Below, one piece after another: positions 20,240 to 30,023 of a stretch of DNA of 59,502 nt (within the stretch, counting starts at the first letter, position 1; each line of letters opens with the position of its first letter). Origin of the DNA: Bacteroidetes bacterium GWF2_29_10 (GTDB lineage Bacteria; Bacteroidota; Bacteroidia; Bacteroidales; GWE2-29-8). The notes below the pieces were generated by a model. It had not been told where the DNA came from and did no database searches. It saw nothing but the letters and a program-made list of their open reading frames with translations. The DNA lies in NCBI GenBank assembly GCA_001768555.1, contig MEOD01000014.1, positions 1 to 59,502 of the forward strand, in the 5' to 3' direction. The translations under genes and the position numbers were made by a program.

Positions 20240-21400
20240 TTATTTTGATTTGTTTAGAAGTTCTTCAAAATTAACAATTTGAATATTTAAGTAGTAAAAT
20301 TCTATAATATTTTTGTAAGTGTAACCTTTTTTTGCCATAACCATTGCTCCTTCTTGGCAAAGCCCTACCCCATGCCCATATCCTTTTCCTGTGAATGTTA
20401 ACGAATCATTTGAGGAGTTTTTTATTTCAAAAAATGTAGATTTTAGTTTATAATCGTTGCGAATGTCTTTTAATAAAATCTTTAAAGAATCATTTAAGAA
20501 TATTTTTCTATTTTCTTGATAGAAAGGAATTAAAGAATCAATAAAAGGATCATCTACGAGATATTTTGTTTTTAAATATTTAAAAAAATCTTCTTTAGGA
20601 ATTTTTTTTTCCCATTTAGAGTTTCTTTCAGATAAACAAAAAGAATCTTTAACTGCTCTTAGATATGGAATATAATCAGACCAAGCAGATTCAGAGTGTA
20701 CAGTTTCACCGCCACAATTTGAATGAAATAGGGCATCAATTAGGTTATTGTTATTATCAACGATAACTTGGCCACTTGTTCCGATTGTAGCTTGTAATAT
20801 ATTTGAATTGTTGCATCTTCCTTTATAAACTTGACAATGTACTCTGTCACAAACTTGATATCCATCTTTTAAGTGTTTGTTAAGGAATGAAATTGAATAT
20901 GTTCGGCAAATTATTGCTTGAACTTTATAATATTCAAGTTCAGCATTTATGCCACTTTCAGCTTCAACTACTCCTGCTACATATTTTTCAATGTTAACAA
21001 TATTAATTAATTGTAATGAAGAATTAATAGGTAATATTTTAATGAAATCGTCGTAAACTCTAATTTGTTTATTGTTAGGAGCTATTTCAAATTCGATTTC
21101 GAAATATTTACGAAAACCTGTTGCTAATAAGTTTATTTCACCTTCAATTCTAAAAGATTTTTCTTTTGTAATAACGTCAATGTAATTTTCATTAATAGCA
21201 AACTTTACAGGAGAGAATGTCTCCAAGTCAATAAGTTTGTTTCCATCTTTATATATTGAATAGTTTCCAGCAAGAGGATTTAGAGCAAACTTTGTTATTT
21301 TATACTCTCCAAGAATATTAACAGATATATTTCTTGGAAAAAGATTCAAAGTTGATACAAATAGTATTGAAATAAACAAAAAGTGTCGTAATAAATTCAT
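20240..21400 (-). CDS. SpoIID/LytB domain protein (peptidoglycan lytic transglycosylase-like)
   Basis: EKYVAGVVEAE, KVQAIICRTY, CDRVHCQVY, FHSNCGG and GYGHGVGLCQEGA motifs. Confidence 0.92.
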   Translation of the reverse strand: MNLLRHFLFISILFVSTLNLFPRNISVNILGEYKITKFALNPLAGNYSIYKDGNKLIDLETFSPVKFAINENYIDVITKEKSFRIEGEINLLATGFRKYFEIEFEIAPNNKQIRVYDDFIKILPINSSLQLINIVNIEKYVAGVVEAESGINAELEYYKVQAIICRTYSISFLNKHLKDGYQVCDRVHCQVYKGRCNNSNILQATIGTSGQVIVDNNNNLIDALFHSNCGGETVHSESAWSDYIPYLRAVKDSFCLSERNSKWEKKIPKEDFFKYLKTKYLVDDPFIDSLIPFYQENRKIFLNDSLKILLKDIRNDYKLKSTFFEIKNSSNDSLTFTGKGYGHGVGLCQEGAMVMAKKGYTYKNIIEFYYLNIQIVNFEELLNKSK

Positions 21401-21403
21401 GTT

Positions 21404-22525
21404 CTATTTGCTAATTAAGTCAAATATCTTGGAAGCAACCAAGAATGAAGTTTCTCCATTTCCAAGTCTTAAGGAAAGTTTATCGTAATCTTCGATAATG
21501 TTTTGCCGATGCTGTTTATCGTTTAATATTTTAGAAAGTTCTTGTTTAATATTAGTATGATTCATTTCGTTTTGAATTAATTCTTTAACAACATTTTTGT
21601 GCATAATAATGTTTACTAACGATATAAAATTTAACTTAATTAGTTTTTTTGCAATAATGTAAGAAATGAATAATCCTTTGTAACAGACAATTTGAGGTAT
21701 TTTCAGAAGAGCCGTTTCAAGAGTGGCTGTTCCAGATGTAACAATAGCAGCTGATGATGATAATAGCAAATCGTAAGTTTGATTGTAAACGATGCTAATT
21801 TGAATATTGTTAATGTTTTCAAGGTATAATTCATTGTTTATAGAACTTGTTGCAGCAATAACAAATTGGTAATTAGGAAAATATTGTACTACTTTCTGCA
21901 TTTGAGGCAGCATGTTTTCGATTTCTTGTTTTCTGCTTCCAGGTAGAATTGCAATAATTTCTTTTTTTGTTAGGTTGTTGTTTTTTATGAAAATATCTTT
22001 TCCTTTAAAATTGTTTTTTTTATTATTAATTAATTCGATAAGAGGGTTTCCATAATATTCTACGTCATAGTTGTAATTAGAATAAAACTCTTTTTCAAAA
22101 GGAAGAATTACAAACATTTTATCAATGTATTTTTTGATAGTTTTGACTCTAGATTTATGCCAAGCCCAAACTTGAGGAGATATATAATAAACTGTTTTAA
22201 AGTTGTTTTGTTTACAAAATTTAGATAATTTGAGGTTGAATCCTGGATAATCAATAAAAATAATTACATCTGGGTTAAAATTTATAATTTGTTTTTTTAT
22301 TATTTTGAAATTATGTATTATTTTATTTATGTTTAAAATAACTTCAATGAATCCCATGAAAGCGAGCTCTTTATAGTGTTTTAATATTTTACAGTTTTCG
22401 GCTTGCATTAGCTCCCCACCCCATCCTACAATTTCAGAGTTTGTATCTATTTTATTAATGTTTTTAATTAAATTAGAAGCATGTAAATCTCCTGAAGGTT
22501 CGCCTGCTACAATAAAATATTTCAT
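21404..22525 (-). CDS. lpxB: Lipid-A-disaccharide synthase
   Basis: AGEPSGDLH, IDYPGFN, YYISPQVWAW, LPGSRKQE and SGTATLE motifs. Confidence 0.96.
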   Translation of the reverse strand: MKYFIVAGEPSGDLHASNLIKNINKIDTNSEIVGWGGELMQAENCKILKHYKELAFMGFIEVILNINKIIHNFKIIKKQIINFNPDVIIFIDYPGFNLKLSKFCKQNNFKTVYYISPQVWAWHKSRVKTIKKYIDKMFVILPFEKEFYSNYNYDVEYYGNPLIELINNKKNNFKGKDIFIKNNNLTKKEIIAILPGSRKQEIENMLPQMQKVVQYFPNYQFVIAATSSINNELYLENINNIQISIVYNQTYDLLLSSSAAIVTSGTATLETALLKIPQIVCYKGLFISYIIAKKLIKLNFISLVNIIMHKNVVKELIQNEMNHTNIKQELSKILNDKQHRQNIIEDYDKLSLRLGNGETSFLVASKIFDLISK

Positions 22526-22529
22526 TAGT

Positions 22530-22913
22530 TTATATTAAGTTTTGGAATATAAAAAAGATAATTACATACATAAATGTTACAGCTAATATGCCTTTTCCTA
22601 CTTTGTCTAATTTTTTATTTATCATATAATATCTAAAAGTTAGGATATTCATAACTATACTAAGAGCATAGATTGTAGAATCTTGAAGATAATACAAATC
22701 GTAAGTTCGACTTGGCTTAAAAAGCAAGTTTATGTAGCTTAATAAAAAGAAAGAAATTATGGGCAATAGTAATCCCATAACAATTCCTAAAACCATAGAA
22801 TCTTTAAGTAAAAGCTTCTTTAATTTAATAAAAACATTGTTATTAGACTCCTCTTCTAATTTAGAATTATTGTCTAATACTTCTTTTTTGTCTTTTAAGT
22901 CTTCAAATCCCAT
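22530..22913 (-). CDS. Hypothetical membrane protein
   Basis: Three hydrophobic segments, within the surE-lpxB operon; ATG 22913 preferred over the TTG at 22943. Confidence 0.65.
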   Translation of the reverse strand: MGFEDLKDKKEVLDNNSKLEEESNNNVFIKLKKLLLKDSMVLGIVMGLLLPIISFFLLSYINLLFKPSRTYDLYYLQDSTIYALSIVMNILTFRYYMINKKLDKVGKGILAVTFMYVIIFFIFQNLI

Positions 22914-23662
22914 TTTTTTATCATATTTATTGATTCGTAGCAAGTTAAATCTAATTGGATTGGGACAATAGAAATGTATGCGTTCTTTAAAGCATGCTCA
23001 TCAGTGTCATTTCCTTCGTCTAAATTAATAAACTCTCCAAGCATCCAATAATATGGTCGTTTATAAGGGTCGTATCTTTCTTCAAATGTTTCGACCCAAT
23101 ATGCTTTAGATTGGCGAACGACTTTTATTCCTTTTATTTTGCCTTTAGGTATGTTTACATTAAGACATGTTCTTTCCTTCAAGCCATTTGTAAGTACATT
23201 TTTAATTATTTTTACAATATATTCTTTAGCTAAATCAAAATTAGCATCTTCGGCAAAATCAAGTAATGAAAAGCCAATTGCAGGGACATTTGCCATTGCA
23301 GCTTCAATGGCGGCAGCCATAGTTCCAGAATACAAAAGATTAACAGAAGAGTTAGATCCATGATTTATTCCAGAAATACATAAATCAGGATGAGTTCTTT
23401 TGTAAATAGTGTCAAAAGCTAATTTAATGCAATCAACAGGGGTTCCAGAACAGCTATATTCTGCATAAAATTTATCTTTTTGAATTAATTGGAATTTTAT
23501 AGGATTGTTTATGGTTACAGCATGTCCCATGCCTGATTGCGGTTTATTTGGAGCAAAAACTACAACATCAGCAAAATCTTTAACAAATTCGATTAAACGT
23601 CTAATTCCTTTTGCATTAATACCATCATCATTTGTAATTAGGATCTTCGGTCTTTTGTTCAT
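22895..23662 (-). CDS. surE: 5'/3'-nucleotidase SurE
   Basis: ILITNDDG, QSGMG, GTPVDC, SGINHGSN and YSGT motifs. Confidence 0.96.
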   Translation of the reverse strand: MNKRPKILITNDDGINAKGIRRLIEFVKDFADVVVFAPNKPQSGMGHAVTINNPIKFQLIQKDKFYAEYSCSGTPVDCIKLAFDTIYKRTHPDLCISGINHGSNSSVNLLYSGTMAAAIEAAMANVPAIGFSLLDFAEDANFDLAKEYIVKIIKNVLTNGLKERTCLNVNIPKGKIKGIKVVRQSKAYWVETFEERYDPYKRPYYWMLGEFINLDEGNDTDEHALKNAYISIVPIQLDLTCYESINMIKKWDLKT

Positions 23663-24248
23663 TATTATTATTATTTAAATCAGCGATATTATCAATGTTT
23701 ATAAGTCCTCCAGATATAATAAACTTGGTTACATTAACAGGAGGAATATTTAATAAAGTTATATTGTCAATAGATGTGATAAATAAATTTCCAGTAAATC
23801 CAAATGAATGAGGAAGGTACACTGCTATTTTATTTTCACTTACTCCAAGAACGGCGAGATTTTTTTGAGTAATAAATCCTAATTTGTATAGTTCTTCATT
23901 TTTGTTTAACCTTACAAGCACAGGTTGATTAAACTTTTTCTTTTGCCCAACAATTCCAGTCAATATTTCTTTCGAAGAGTTATATATTATGTTTATAATT
24001 GGGGCTTTTTTTATTAAATCTTCAAAGAAGCTAGAAAATGATTCTGTAAATAATTTTTTTCCAATATAGCCAATTAAAGTAACACCAGAAATAATAACAA
24101 TAATACCAAGCCCTGGAATATCAAAGGGTAATAAAGCATCAATAAAGATAAACATTCTATAGATAAGGTATCCAGTTATTGTTATTGGAGCAAGAAATAA
24201 CAATCCTTGCAAGAAATAATTGAATATAAACTTTAGTAATCTTCGCAT
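23628..24248 (-). CDS. DUF502 family membrane protein
   Basis: FLQGLLFLAPITIT, P-II-IY, GFIT, VYLPHS and FIISGG motifs. Confidence 0.85.
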   Translation of the reverse strand: MRRLLKFIFNYFLQGLLFLAPITITGYLIYRMFIFIDALLPFDIPGLGIIVIISGVTLIGYIGKKLFTESFSSFFEDLIKKAPIINIIYNSSKEILTGIVGQKKKFNQPVLVRLNKNEELYKLGFITQKNLAVLGVSENKIAVYLPHSFGFTGNLFITSIDNITLLNIPPVNVTKFIISGGLINIDNIADLNNNNNEQKTEDPNYK

Positions 24249-24271
24249 AATTTTAAAAAATTATTCTTTTG

Positions 24272-24279
24272 CAAAGATA
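24272..24279 (-). promoter_or_regulatory. -7 promoter element for the DUF502-surE-lpxB operon
   Basis: TATCTTTG on the minus strand, 23 nt upstream of the ATG. Confidence 0.6.
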
Positions 24280-24426
24280 ATTTTTAAATTATAATTATTA
24301 ATGTTATTCGACATAATATAAATGCTTAAAGAGAAATAAAACATTAAAAATAATAAAATTGACAAGAAAAAGATCTTGCAATTAATGTTAAATTAAAAAA
24401 AAACGCATTAGATAAATAATTCATTA

Positions 24427-24434
24427 TATCTTTG
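24427..24434 (+). promoter_or_regulatory. -7 promoter element for the divergent Fe-S/polyprenyl synthase/mqnA operon
   Basis: TATCTTTG 16 nt upstream of ATG 24451. Confidence 0.6.
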
Positions 24435-24450
24435 TGCTAAAGGAACACTT

Positions 24451-25170
24451 ATGGGAACAGTTGATATTTTTATAACATGCGAAATAGATCAGCTTAGGCC
24501 AACAATTGGTTTGGGTATGATTAGTATTTTGGAAAAATTAAATTTACGTGTTAATATTCCAAAGAATCAATTATGCTGTGGCAAGACGGCATTTGTTAGT
24601 GGATGTTGGGATGATGCAAAAAAATTAGGAGAAAGGTTTATTAAAGCTTATCCAGATAATAGGAAGATTATTTGTCCAAGTGCAAGTTGCGTTAGTTTTG
24701 TTAAAAAGCATTATTCTGAATTGTTTTTAAATACGGCATTGCATAATGAGTTTAAGTTAATCCAAAGAAACTTACACGATTTAACGGATTTCATGGTTAA
24801 TGTGCAAAGTGTATCCGACATGAATGTTAATTTTAATTATAAATTGGCATATTATGAATCATGCAAGGCTAGAGAATATGGCTTAAAAAATGAGCCAATA
24901 ACACTTTTGAAAAATATAAAGGGAGCTGAGTTTATAGATTTAAATCAAGATGAATGTTGTGGAAGTGGAGGAATGCTTAATTTTATTCACCCAGATATTA
25001 CTGAATCAATGACTTATTTTAAATTAAATGAGGCAATAAAAAAAAATGTTGAATATATAGTAACAACAGAAAGTAGCTGTTTGATTAATTTAGATAATTA
25101 TATAAAGAAGAATAATTTAAAAATAAAAGCAGTGCATATTGCTGAAATTTTAGGTGAACAAATAAAATGA
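24451..25170 (+). CDS. CCG-domain Fe-S protein (LutA/YkgE-like)
   Basis: Two cysteine-rich domains: QLCCG, CPSASC, ECCGSGG and SSCL. Confidence 0.82.
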   Translation: MGTVDIFITCEIDQLRPTIGLGMISILEKLNLRVNIPKNQLCCGKTAFVSGCWDDAKKLGERFIKAYPDNRKIICPSASCVSFVKKHYSELFLNTALHNEFKLIQRNLHDLTDFMVNVQSVSDMNVNFNYKLAYYESCKAREYGLKNEPITLLKNIKGAEFIDLNQDECCGSGGMLNFIHPDITESMTYFKLNEAIKKNVEYIVTTESSCLINLDNYIKKNNLKIKAVHIAEILGEQIK

Positions 25171-25171
25171 G

Positions 25172-26152
25172 ATGGAAAATAATAAATATTCAACACTTCA
25201 AGAATTAATTGAAAATAAGATAAAAGACATCAACTTTAAGAATGAACCTCATTTACTATACGAGCCAGCAAGATATTCTATGTCAAATGGGGGTAAAAGA
25301 ATAAGACCTCTTCTAACATTAATTGCAAATGATTTGTTTAATGGTAAGGTAGAAGATGCTATAGATGTAGCAATAGGAATAGAAATATTTCATAATTTCA
25401 CGTTAGTGCATGATGATATTATGGACTCTGCACCAATGAGACGTGGGCGTCCAACTGTGTATAAAAAATGGAATACAAATATAGCTTTGCTGTCAGGAGA
25501 TGTAATGTTTGGTAAGGCATATGAATATATATCAAAAGTTAATTCATCTAAGCTTGTTAATGTGTTAAATTCGTTTACACAGGGAGCCATAAAGGTTTGT
25601 GAAGGACAACAATATGATATGGATTTTGAAAGCACAACATTTGTAAGTATTGATGAATACAAAAAAATGATATCATTGAAAACAGGGGCTTTAATAGCTA
25701 CAGCACTACAAATAGGATGCATTATTGGAAGTAGCTCAATAGAAGATAGCATAAATATATACAAATTTGGAGAAAATATAGGAATAGCTTTTCAACTTCA
25801 AGATGATTTATTAGATACATACAGCAACCCAGATAAATTTGGAAAAATAACAGGTGGAGATATAATTAGCAAAAAGAAAACTTTTTTATATTCAAAATCA
25901 ATTGAACTTGCAGATGAAAATATGAAAAAGCAAATTGTTAATATGTATAATGATGATACTATTAATAATTCAGATAAGGTTAAAAATATTATAAAAAAAT
26001 ATAATGAACTAAATATAAAAAGTATAACAGAGGAGGAAATAAAAAAGTATTATGAAGAAGGCTTGAATTATCTAAAAAAATTAAAAGTTGAATATAATAA
26101 GAGAAAAGCTCTAGAAGAATATGTTGAAAACTTAATAGTAAGAGAAATATAA
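25172..26152 (+). CDS. Polyprenyl diphosphate synthase
   Basis: GGKRIRP, HDDIMD...RRG, GQQYD, KTG and FQLQDDLLD motifs. Confidence 0.93.
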   Translation: MENNKYSTLQELIENKIKDINFKNEPHLLYEPARYSMSNGGKRIRPLLTLIANDLFNGKVEDAIDVAIGIEIFHNFTLVHDDIMDSAPMRRGRPTVYKKWNTNIALLSGDVMFGKAYEYISKVNSSKLVNVLNSFTQGAIKVCEGQQYDMDFESTTFVSIDEYKKMISLKTGALIATALQIGCIIGSSSIEDSINIYKFGENIGIAFQLQDDLLDTYSNPDKFGKITGGDIISKKKTFLYSKSIELADENMKKQIVNMYNDDTINNSDKVKNIIKKYNELNIKSITEEEIKKYYEEGLNYLKKLKVEYNKRKALEEYVENLIVREI

Positions 26153-26153
26153 A

Positions 26154-26921
26154 ATGCATAAAATCAATGTATCAACCATTAATTATCTAAATAGTACTCC
26201 TTTTAATTATGGTTTGAATAACTCAGCAATAATTGAAAAAATTGCATTGCAAGAAAACACACCAAACGATTGTGCAAATCTATTAAAAGAAGAAAAAGTT
26301 AATATAGGTTTAGCTCCTATAGCAATAATTCCTCATTTGAAAAAAGCTTTTATAATTTCAGATTACTGCATTGGTTGCTATGGAGCTGTAAAAAGTGTAT
26401 GTATTTATTCCAATGTAAAAATACAATATGTAAAAAAAATATACACAGACAATCACTCTATAACATCTGTATTTTTAGCAAAAATACTTTCTGCTTTTTA
26501 CTGGCAAATAAAACCTGAATGGATTAACATTGAGCTAAATAATCTTAAAGAAATAAAATCTAAGCATGAAACAATACTGGCAATTGGAGATAAAACGTTT
26601 TATTATGAAAAAGAGTATTTATATTGCTATGATTTAGGGGAAGTTTGGCTAGATTTTACATCACTGCCTTTTGTTTTTGCTTGTTGGATTTCAAATACAG
26701 AATTGGATGAGAGTTTTATTCAAGAGTTTAATACTTCTCTATTATATGGTTTAAAAAGAAAACCAGAATCATTGGAGCATAAAGATATAAAAAGCCTAAA
26801 AATAGATAAACAAACTGCTCTAAACTATATCACTAATAACATTAGTTATGAATTCAACTCTGACAAGCAAAAGGCTTTAAAAACATATTTTGATTATTTG
26901 TATAAATACCAACATAGGTAA
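26154..26921 (+). CDS. mqnA: Chorismate dehydratase (futalosine menaquinone pathway)
   Basis: INYLNSTPF, IGCYGAVKSV, SITSVFL, IGDK and DLGEVW...LPFVFACW motifs. Confidence 0.85.
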   Translation: MHKINVSTINYLNSTPFNYGLNNSAIIEKIALQENTPNDCANLLKEEKVNIGLAPIAIIPHLKKAFIISDYCIGCYGAVKSVCIYSNVKIQYVKKIYTDNHSITSVFLAKILSAFYWQIKPEWINIELNNLKEIKSKHETILAIGDKTFYYEKEYLYCYDLGEVWLDFTSLPFVFACWISNTELDESFIQEFNTSLLYGLKRKPESLEHKDIKSLKIDKQTALNYITNNISYEFNSDKQKALKTYFDYLYKYQHR

Positions 26922-26959
26922 AAAAAAAAGCTGTCAAGAAAAATATTCTTGACAGCTTT
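26921..26959. terminator. Intrinsic terminator between mqnA and korB (strongest for the minus strand)
   Basis: A run followed by AAAGCTGTCAAGAA...TTCTTGACAGCTTT perfect stem. Confidence 0.85.
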
Positions 26960-26994
26960 ATATAGATAGATTGTATGTGTGTTTTTATATTAAA

Positions 26995-28017
26995 CTATAC
27001 GAAGAAAGTCTCTCCACTATTTAATAAATCATCAACACATTTTATGTTAGAATTTTCTCTACCTTTTTCAATTTGAAGATCTACTAAATCATCATACGTT
27101 GGATACATAGCGGAACGAATAACTCCTAATGCAACAGGAAAATGAGGTGCTTGCATTTTTGCTAACATAAGATGAATCCCTGGATCTTGTTGGTATTGGT
27201 CATGAACTAATAGATCATTTTCAGTAATACCATTTTCACCAAGTTGTACAACTTCTAAGCGAGTGCCATTTATACGGATACCCTTATCTTTGTTTTTCCC
27301 AAAAATCATAGGTTCTCCATTTTTAAGAGTCAATTGAAAATCTTCCCTCATATCTTTAGCCGTAATAGTTTCATGAGCACCATCATTGAAAATTACACAA
27401 TTTTGTAAAATTTCAACAACAGATGTTCCATCATGCTTAGCAGCTTCAAACATAACATCGATCATCATCTTAGGGTTGGTATCAACTGCTCTTGCAAAGA
27501 AAGTCCCTTGAGCACCAAGAACAAGTTCACCAGTATTAAAAGGATGTTCTATTGTTCCTTGCGGAGATGTTTTTGTAATAGATCCCATAGGAGTTGTCGG
27601 AGAATACTGTCCTTTAGTTAATCCATAAATTTGGTTATTAAAAAGAAGAATATTAACATCAATATTTCTCCTAATAATGTGAATAAAATGATTTCCACCT
27701 ATTGCCATAGAGTCCCCATCACCAGTTGCAACCCATACACTAAGTTTAGGATTTGCAACCTTTACTCCAGTAGCAATAGCAGCAGCTCGTCCATGAATAC
27801 CATGTATACCATAAGTATTAACATAATAAGGAAATCTAGAAGAGCAACCTATTCCAGAAACAAAACAAAAGTTTTCTTTTTTATAACCTATTTTAGGAAA
27901 TACATTTTCAATTGAATGTAAAACAGCATGAGCACCACAACCTGAGCACCATTTTACCATTTGGTCACTTACGAAGTCTTCTTTACGTAATTCAACCGTT
28001 GATCTTTCAATAGCCAT
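26995..28017 (-). CDS. korB: 2-oxoacid:ferredoxin oxidoreductase beta subunit
   Basis: WCSGCG, SGIGCSSRFP, GIHGRA, GDGD...GGNH, NNQIYGLTKGQYSPT (TPP-binding). Confidence 0.92.
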   Translation of the reverse strand: MAIERSTVELRKEDFVSDQMVKWCSGCGAHAVLHSIENVFPKIGYKKENFCFVSGIGCSSRFPYYVNTYGIHGIHGRAAAIATGVKVANPKLSVWVATGDGDSMAIGGNHFIHIIRRNIDVNILLFNNQIYGLTKGQYSPTTPMGSITKTSPQGTIEHPFNTGELVLGAQGTFFARAVDTNPKMMIDVMFEAAKHDGTSVVEILQNCVIFNDGAHETITAKDMREDFQLTLKNGEPMIFGKNKDKGIRINGTRLEVVQLGENGITENDLLVHDQYQQDPGIHLMLAKMQAPHFPVALGVIRSAMYPTYDDLVDLQIEKGRENSNIKCVDDLLNSGETFFV

Positions 28018-28022
28018 TTTTT

Positions 28023-29867
28023 TTAACCCTCCAAAGTTTTAATAAAACAATCAGATAATTCGCTTATAGTAAAAGGTAATGCTTGTACTTTATTATATTG
28101 TAAGTATTTAAAATCAGGATATGTCATTCTAAGATATCCTACAAATTGTCCACTATTTAATTCACATACAATAATTTTTTTAAATCGCCCAAACACTTCT
28201 TCTGTATTTTTAGGTAATGGCATAATATGTTTGAAATGAGCATGACTAACCTTTATGCCTTTTTCTTTTAATTTATTAATAGCAGAAAATATAGTTCCAT
28301 ACGTGCTTCCCCAACTAACAACAAGTAGTTCTCCAGATTGTTCTCCATAAACTTCTTGTTCTGGAATATAGTTTGCTACACGCATAACTTTTTCCATTCT
28401 AATTTTAATCATTAATTCATGATTAATAGGGTCTGTAGTAATATTTCCTGTAATATTTTCTTTTTCAAGCCCCCCCACTCTATGTCTTAAACCTTCAGTT
28501 CCAGGCAAAGCCCATTTTCTTGCAAGAGTTTCTTCATTTCGCCTAAAAGGCATAAAATCTGGATCATTAGCCTCTGCTAAAGGAGGTTTTATAGGATCTA
28601 AGTCAGCAACTTTTGGTATTTTAAATAACTCTGAACCAAAGCCAATGTATCCTTCAGTTAATAATATAACAGGAGTCATGTGTTCCATTGCTAATTTAGC
28701 AGCTTCATAAGCTTTATAAAAACAATCAGCAGGTGTTGCAGCTGCAGTAACAATAACAGGACATTCTCCATTTCGTCCATATAATACTTGCAATAAATCA
28801 GATTGTTCAGATTTAGTAGGTAATCCAGTTGAAGGTCCCGCTCTCTGTACATCAACAATAACTATTGGTAATTCAGTCATAACAGCTAATCCAATTGCTT
28901 CACTTTTCAAAGATAATCCTGGTCCCGATGTTGTTGTTATTGCTAAGGAACCAGTATATGCAGCACCAATAGTAGAACAAATTCCAGCAATTTCATCTTC
29001 AGCTTGAAGAACTCTAGCTCCTAAAGATTTATGTTTTGCTAATTCCATTAAAATCTCTGTTGCTGGAGTTATAGGATATGATCCTAAGTATAAAGGTCGC
29101 CCAGATTTTTCTGATGCAGCAAGAAATCCCCATGCTGTAGCAACATTTCCTGTAATGTTTCTATATTTTCCTTTTTCAATATTAGCTTGAGGAATGGAAA
29201 AAGTAGAAGATATAGCTTCAATAGTATCAGCAAAATTATATCCTGCTGTTAAAACATTAGTATTTGCTTCAACAACAAGAGGTTTCTTTTTAAATTTTGT
29301 TTGGAAAAATTTTATAGTGTTATCTAATTCAATATTAAAAAGATAGAAAACCATACCAAGAGCAAACATGTTTCTGGTTTTTTCTACTGTTTTATTATCA
29401 AGATTCAAACTTTGAACAGCAGCCTTAGTGAGAGATGTGATAGGTGCTTTTATAACATTATATTGCAAAAGACTATCATCTTCAAGAGGGTTAGATGCAT
29501 AACCTGATTTTGCAAATACTTTTTCATTAAATGCATCTGCATCCACAATTAAAGTGCCTCCTTTTTTAATCCATTGCATGTTCGCTTTTAGCGAAGCAGG
29601 GTTTAGAGCCACAATTAAGTCACAAAGATCTCCTGTTGAATAGATTTTGTTTTTACTAATATGAACTTGAAATCCGGAAACTCCGGCTACTGTATTGTGC
29701 GGTGCTCTAATTTCCGCAGGGAAATCAGGAAATGTAACAATGTCATTTCCAGATAGAGCTGCTGAGTCAGAAAAAAGTGTTCCTGCAAGTTGCATTCCGT
29801 CACCAGAATCACCAACAAATTTAACAACAACACTCTCTAATTCAACAATTTGATTAGTTTTACCCAT
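28023..29867 (-). CDS. korA: 2-oxoacid:acceptor oxidoreductase alpha subunit (gamma-alpha fusion)
   Basis: GDSGDGMQL, PAEIRA, YPITPA, QAEDEIA, TSGPG and QRAGPSTGLPTK motifs. Confidence 0.92.
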   Translation of the reverse strand: MGKTNQIVELESVVVKFVGDSGDGMQLAGTLFSDSAALSGNDIVTFPDFPAEIRAPHNTVAGVSGFQVHISKNKIYSTGDLCDLIVALNPASLKANMQWIKKGGTLIVDADAFNEKVFAKSGYASNPLEDDSLLQYNVIKAPITSLTKAAVQSLNLDNKTVEKTRNMFALGMVFYLFNIELDNTIKFFQTKFKKKPLVVEANTNVLTAGYNFADTIEAISSTFSIPQANIEKGKYRNITGNVATAWGFLAASEKSGRPLYLGSYPITPATEILMELAKHKSLGARVLQAEDEIAGICSTIGAAYTGSLAITTTSGPGLSLKSEAIGLAVMTELPIVIVDVQRAGPSTGLPTKSEQSDLLQVLYGRNGECPVIVTAAATPADCFYKAYEAAKLAMEHMTPVILLTEGYIGFGSELFKIPKVADLDPIKPPLAEANDPDFMPFRRNEETLARKWALPGTEGLRHRVGGLEKENITGNITTDPINHELMIKIRMEKVMRVANYIPEQEVYGEQSGELLVVSWGSTYGTIFSAINKLKEKGIKVSHAHFKHIMPLPKNTEEVFGRFKKIIVCELNSGQFVGYLRMTYPDFKYLQYNKVQALPFTISELSDCFIKTLEG

Positions 29868-30023
29868 AACTTATATTGATTTAGTTTAATAAAGTCATAT
29901 ATGAAATTTTGGGCAAATTTACTGCTTTTTTATTATGTTTATTTTTTTTTAAAGTATTTTTAAAAAAAAGAATTTATTTCATGAAATAAGAGTGAAAATG
30001 AGTGATATTTTGATAAGGAAGTT

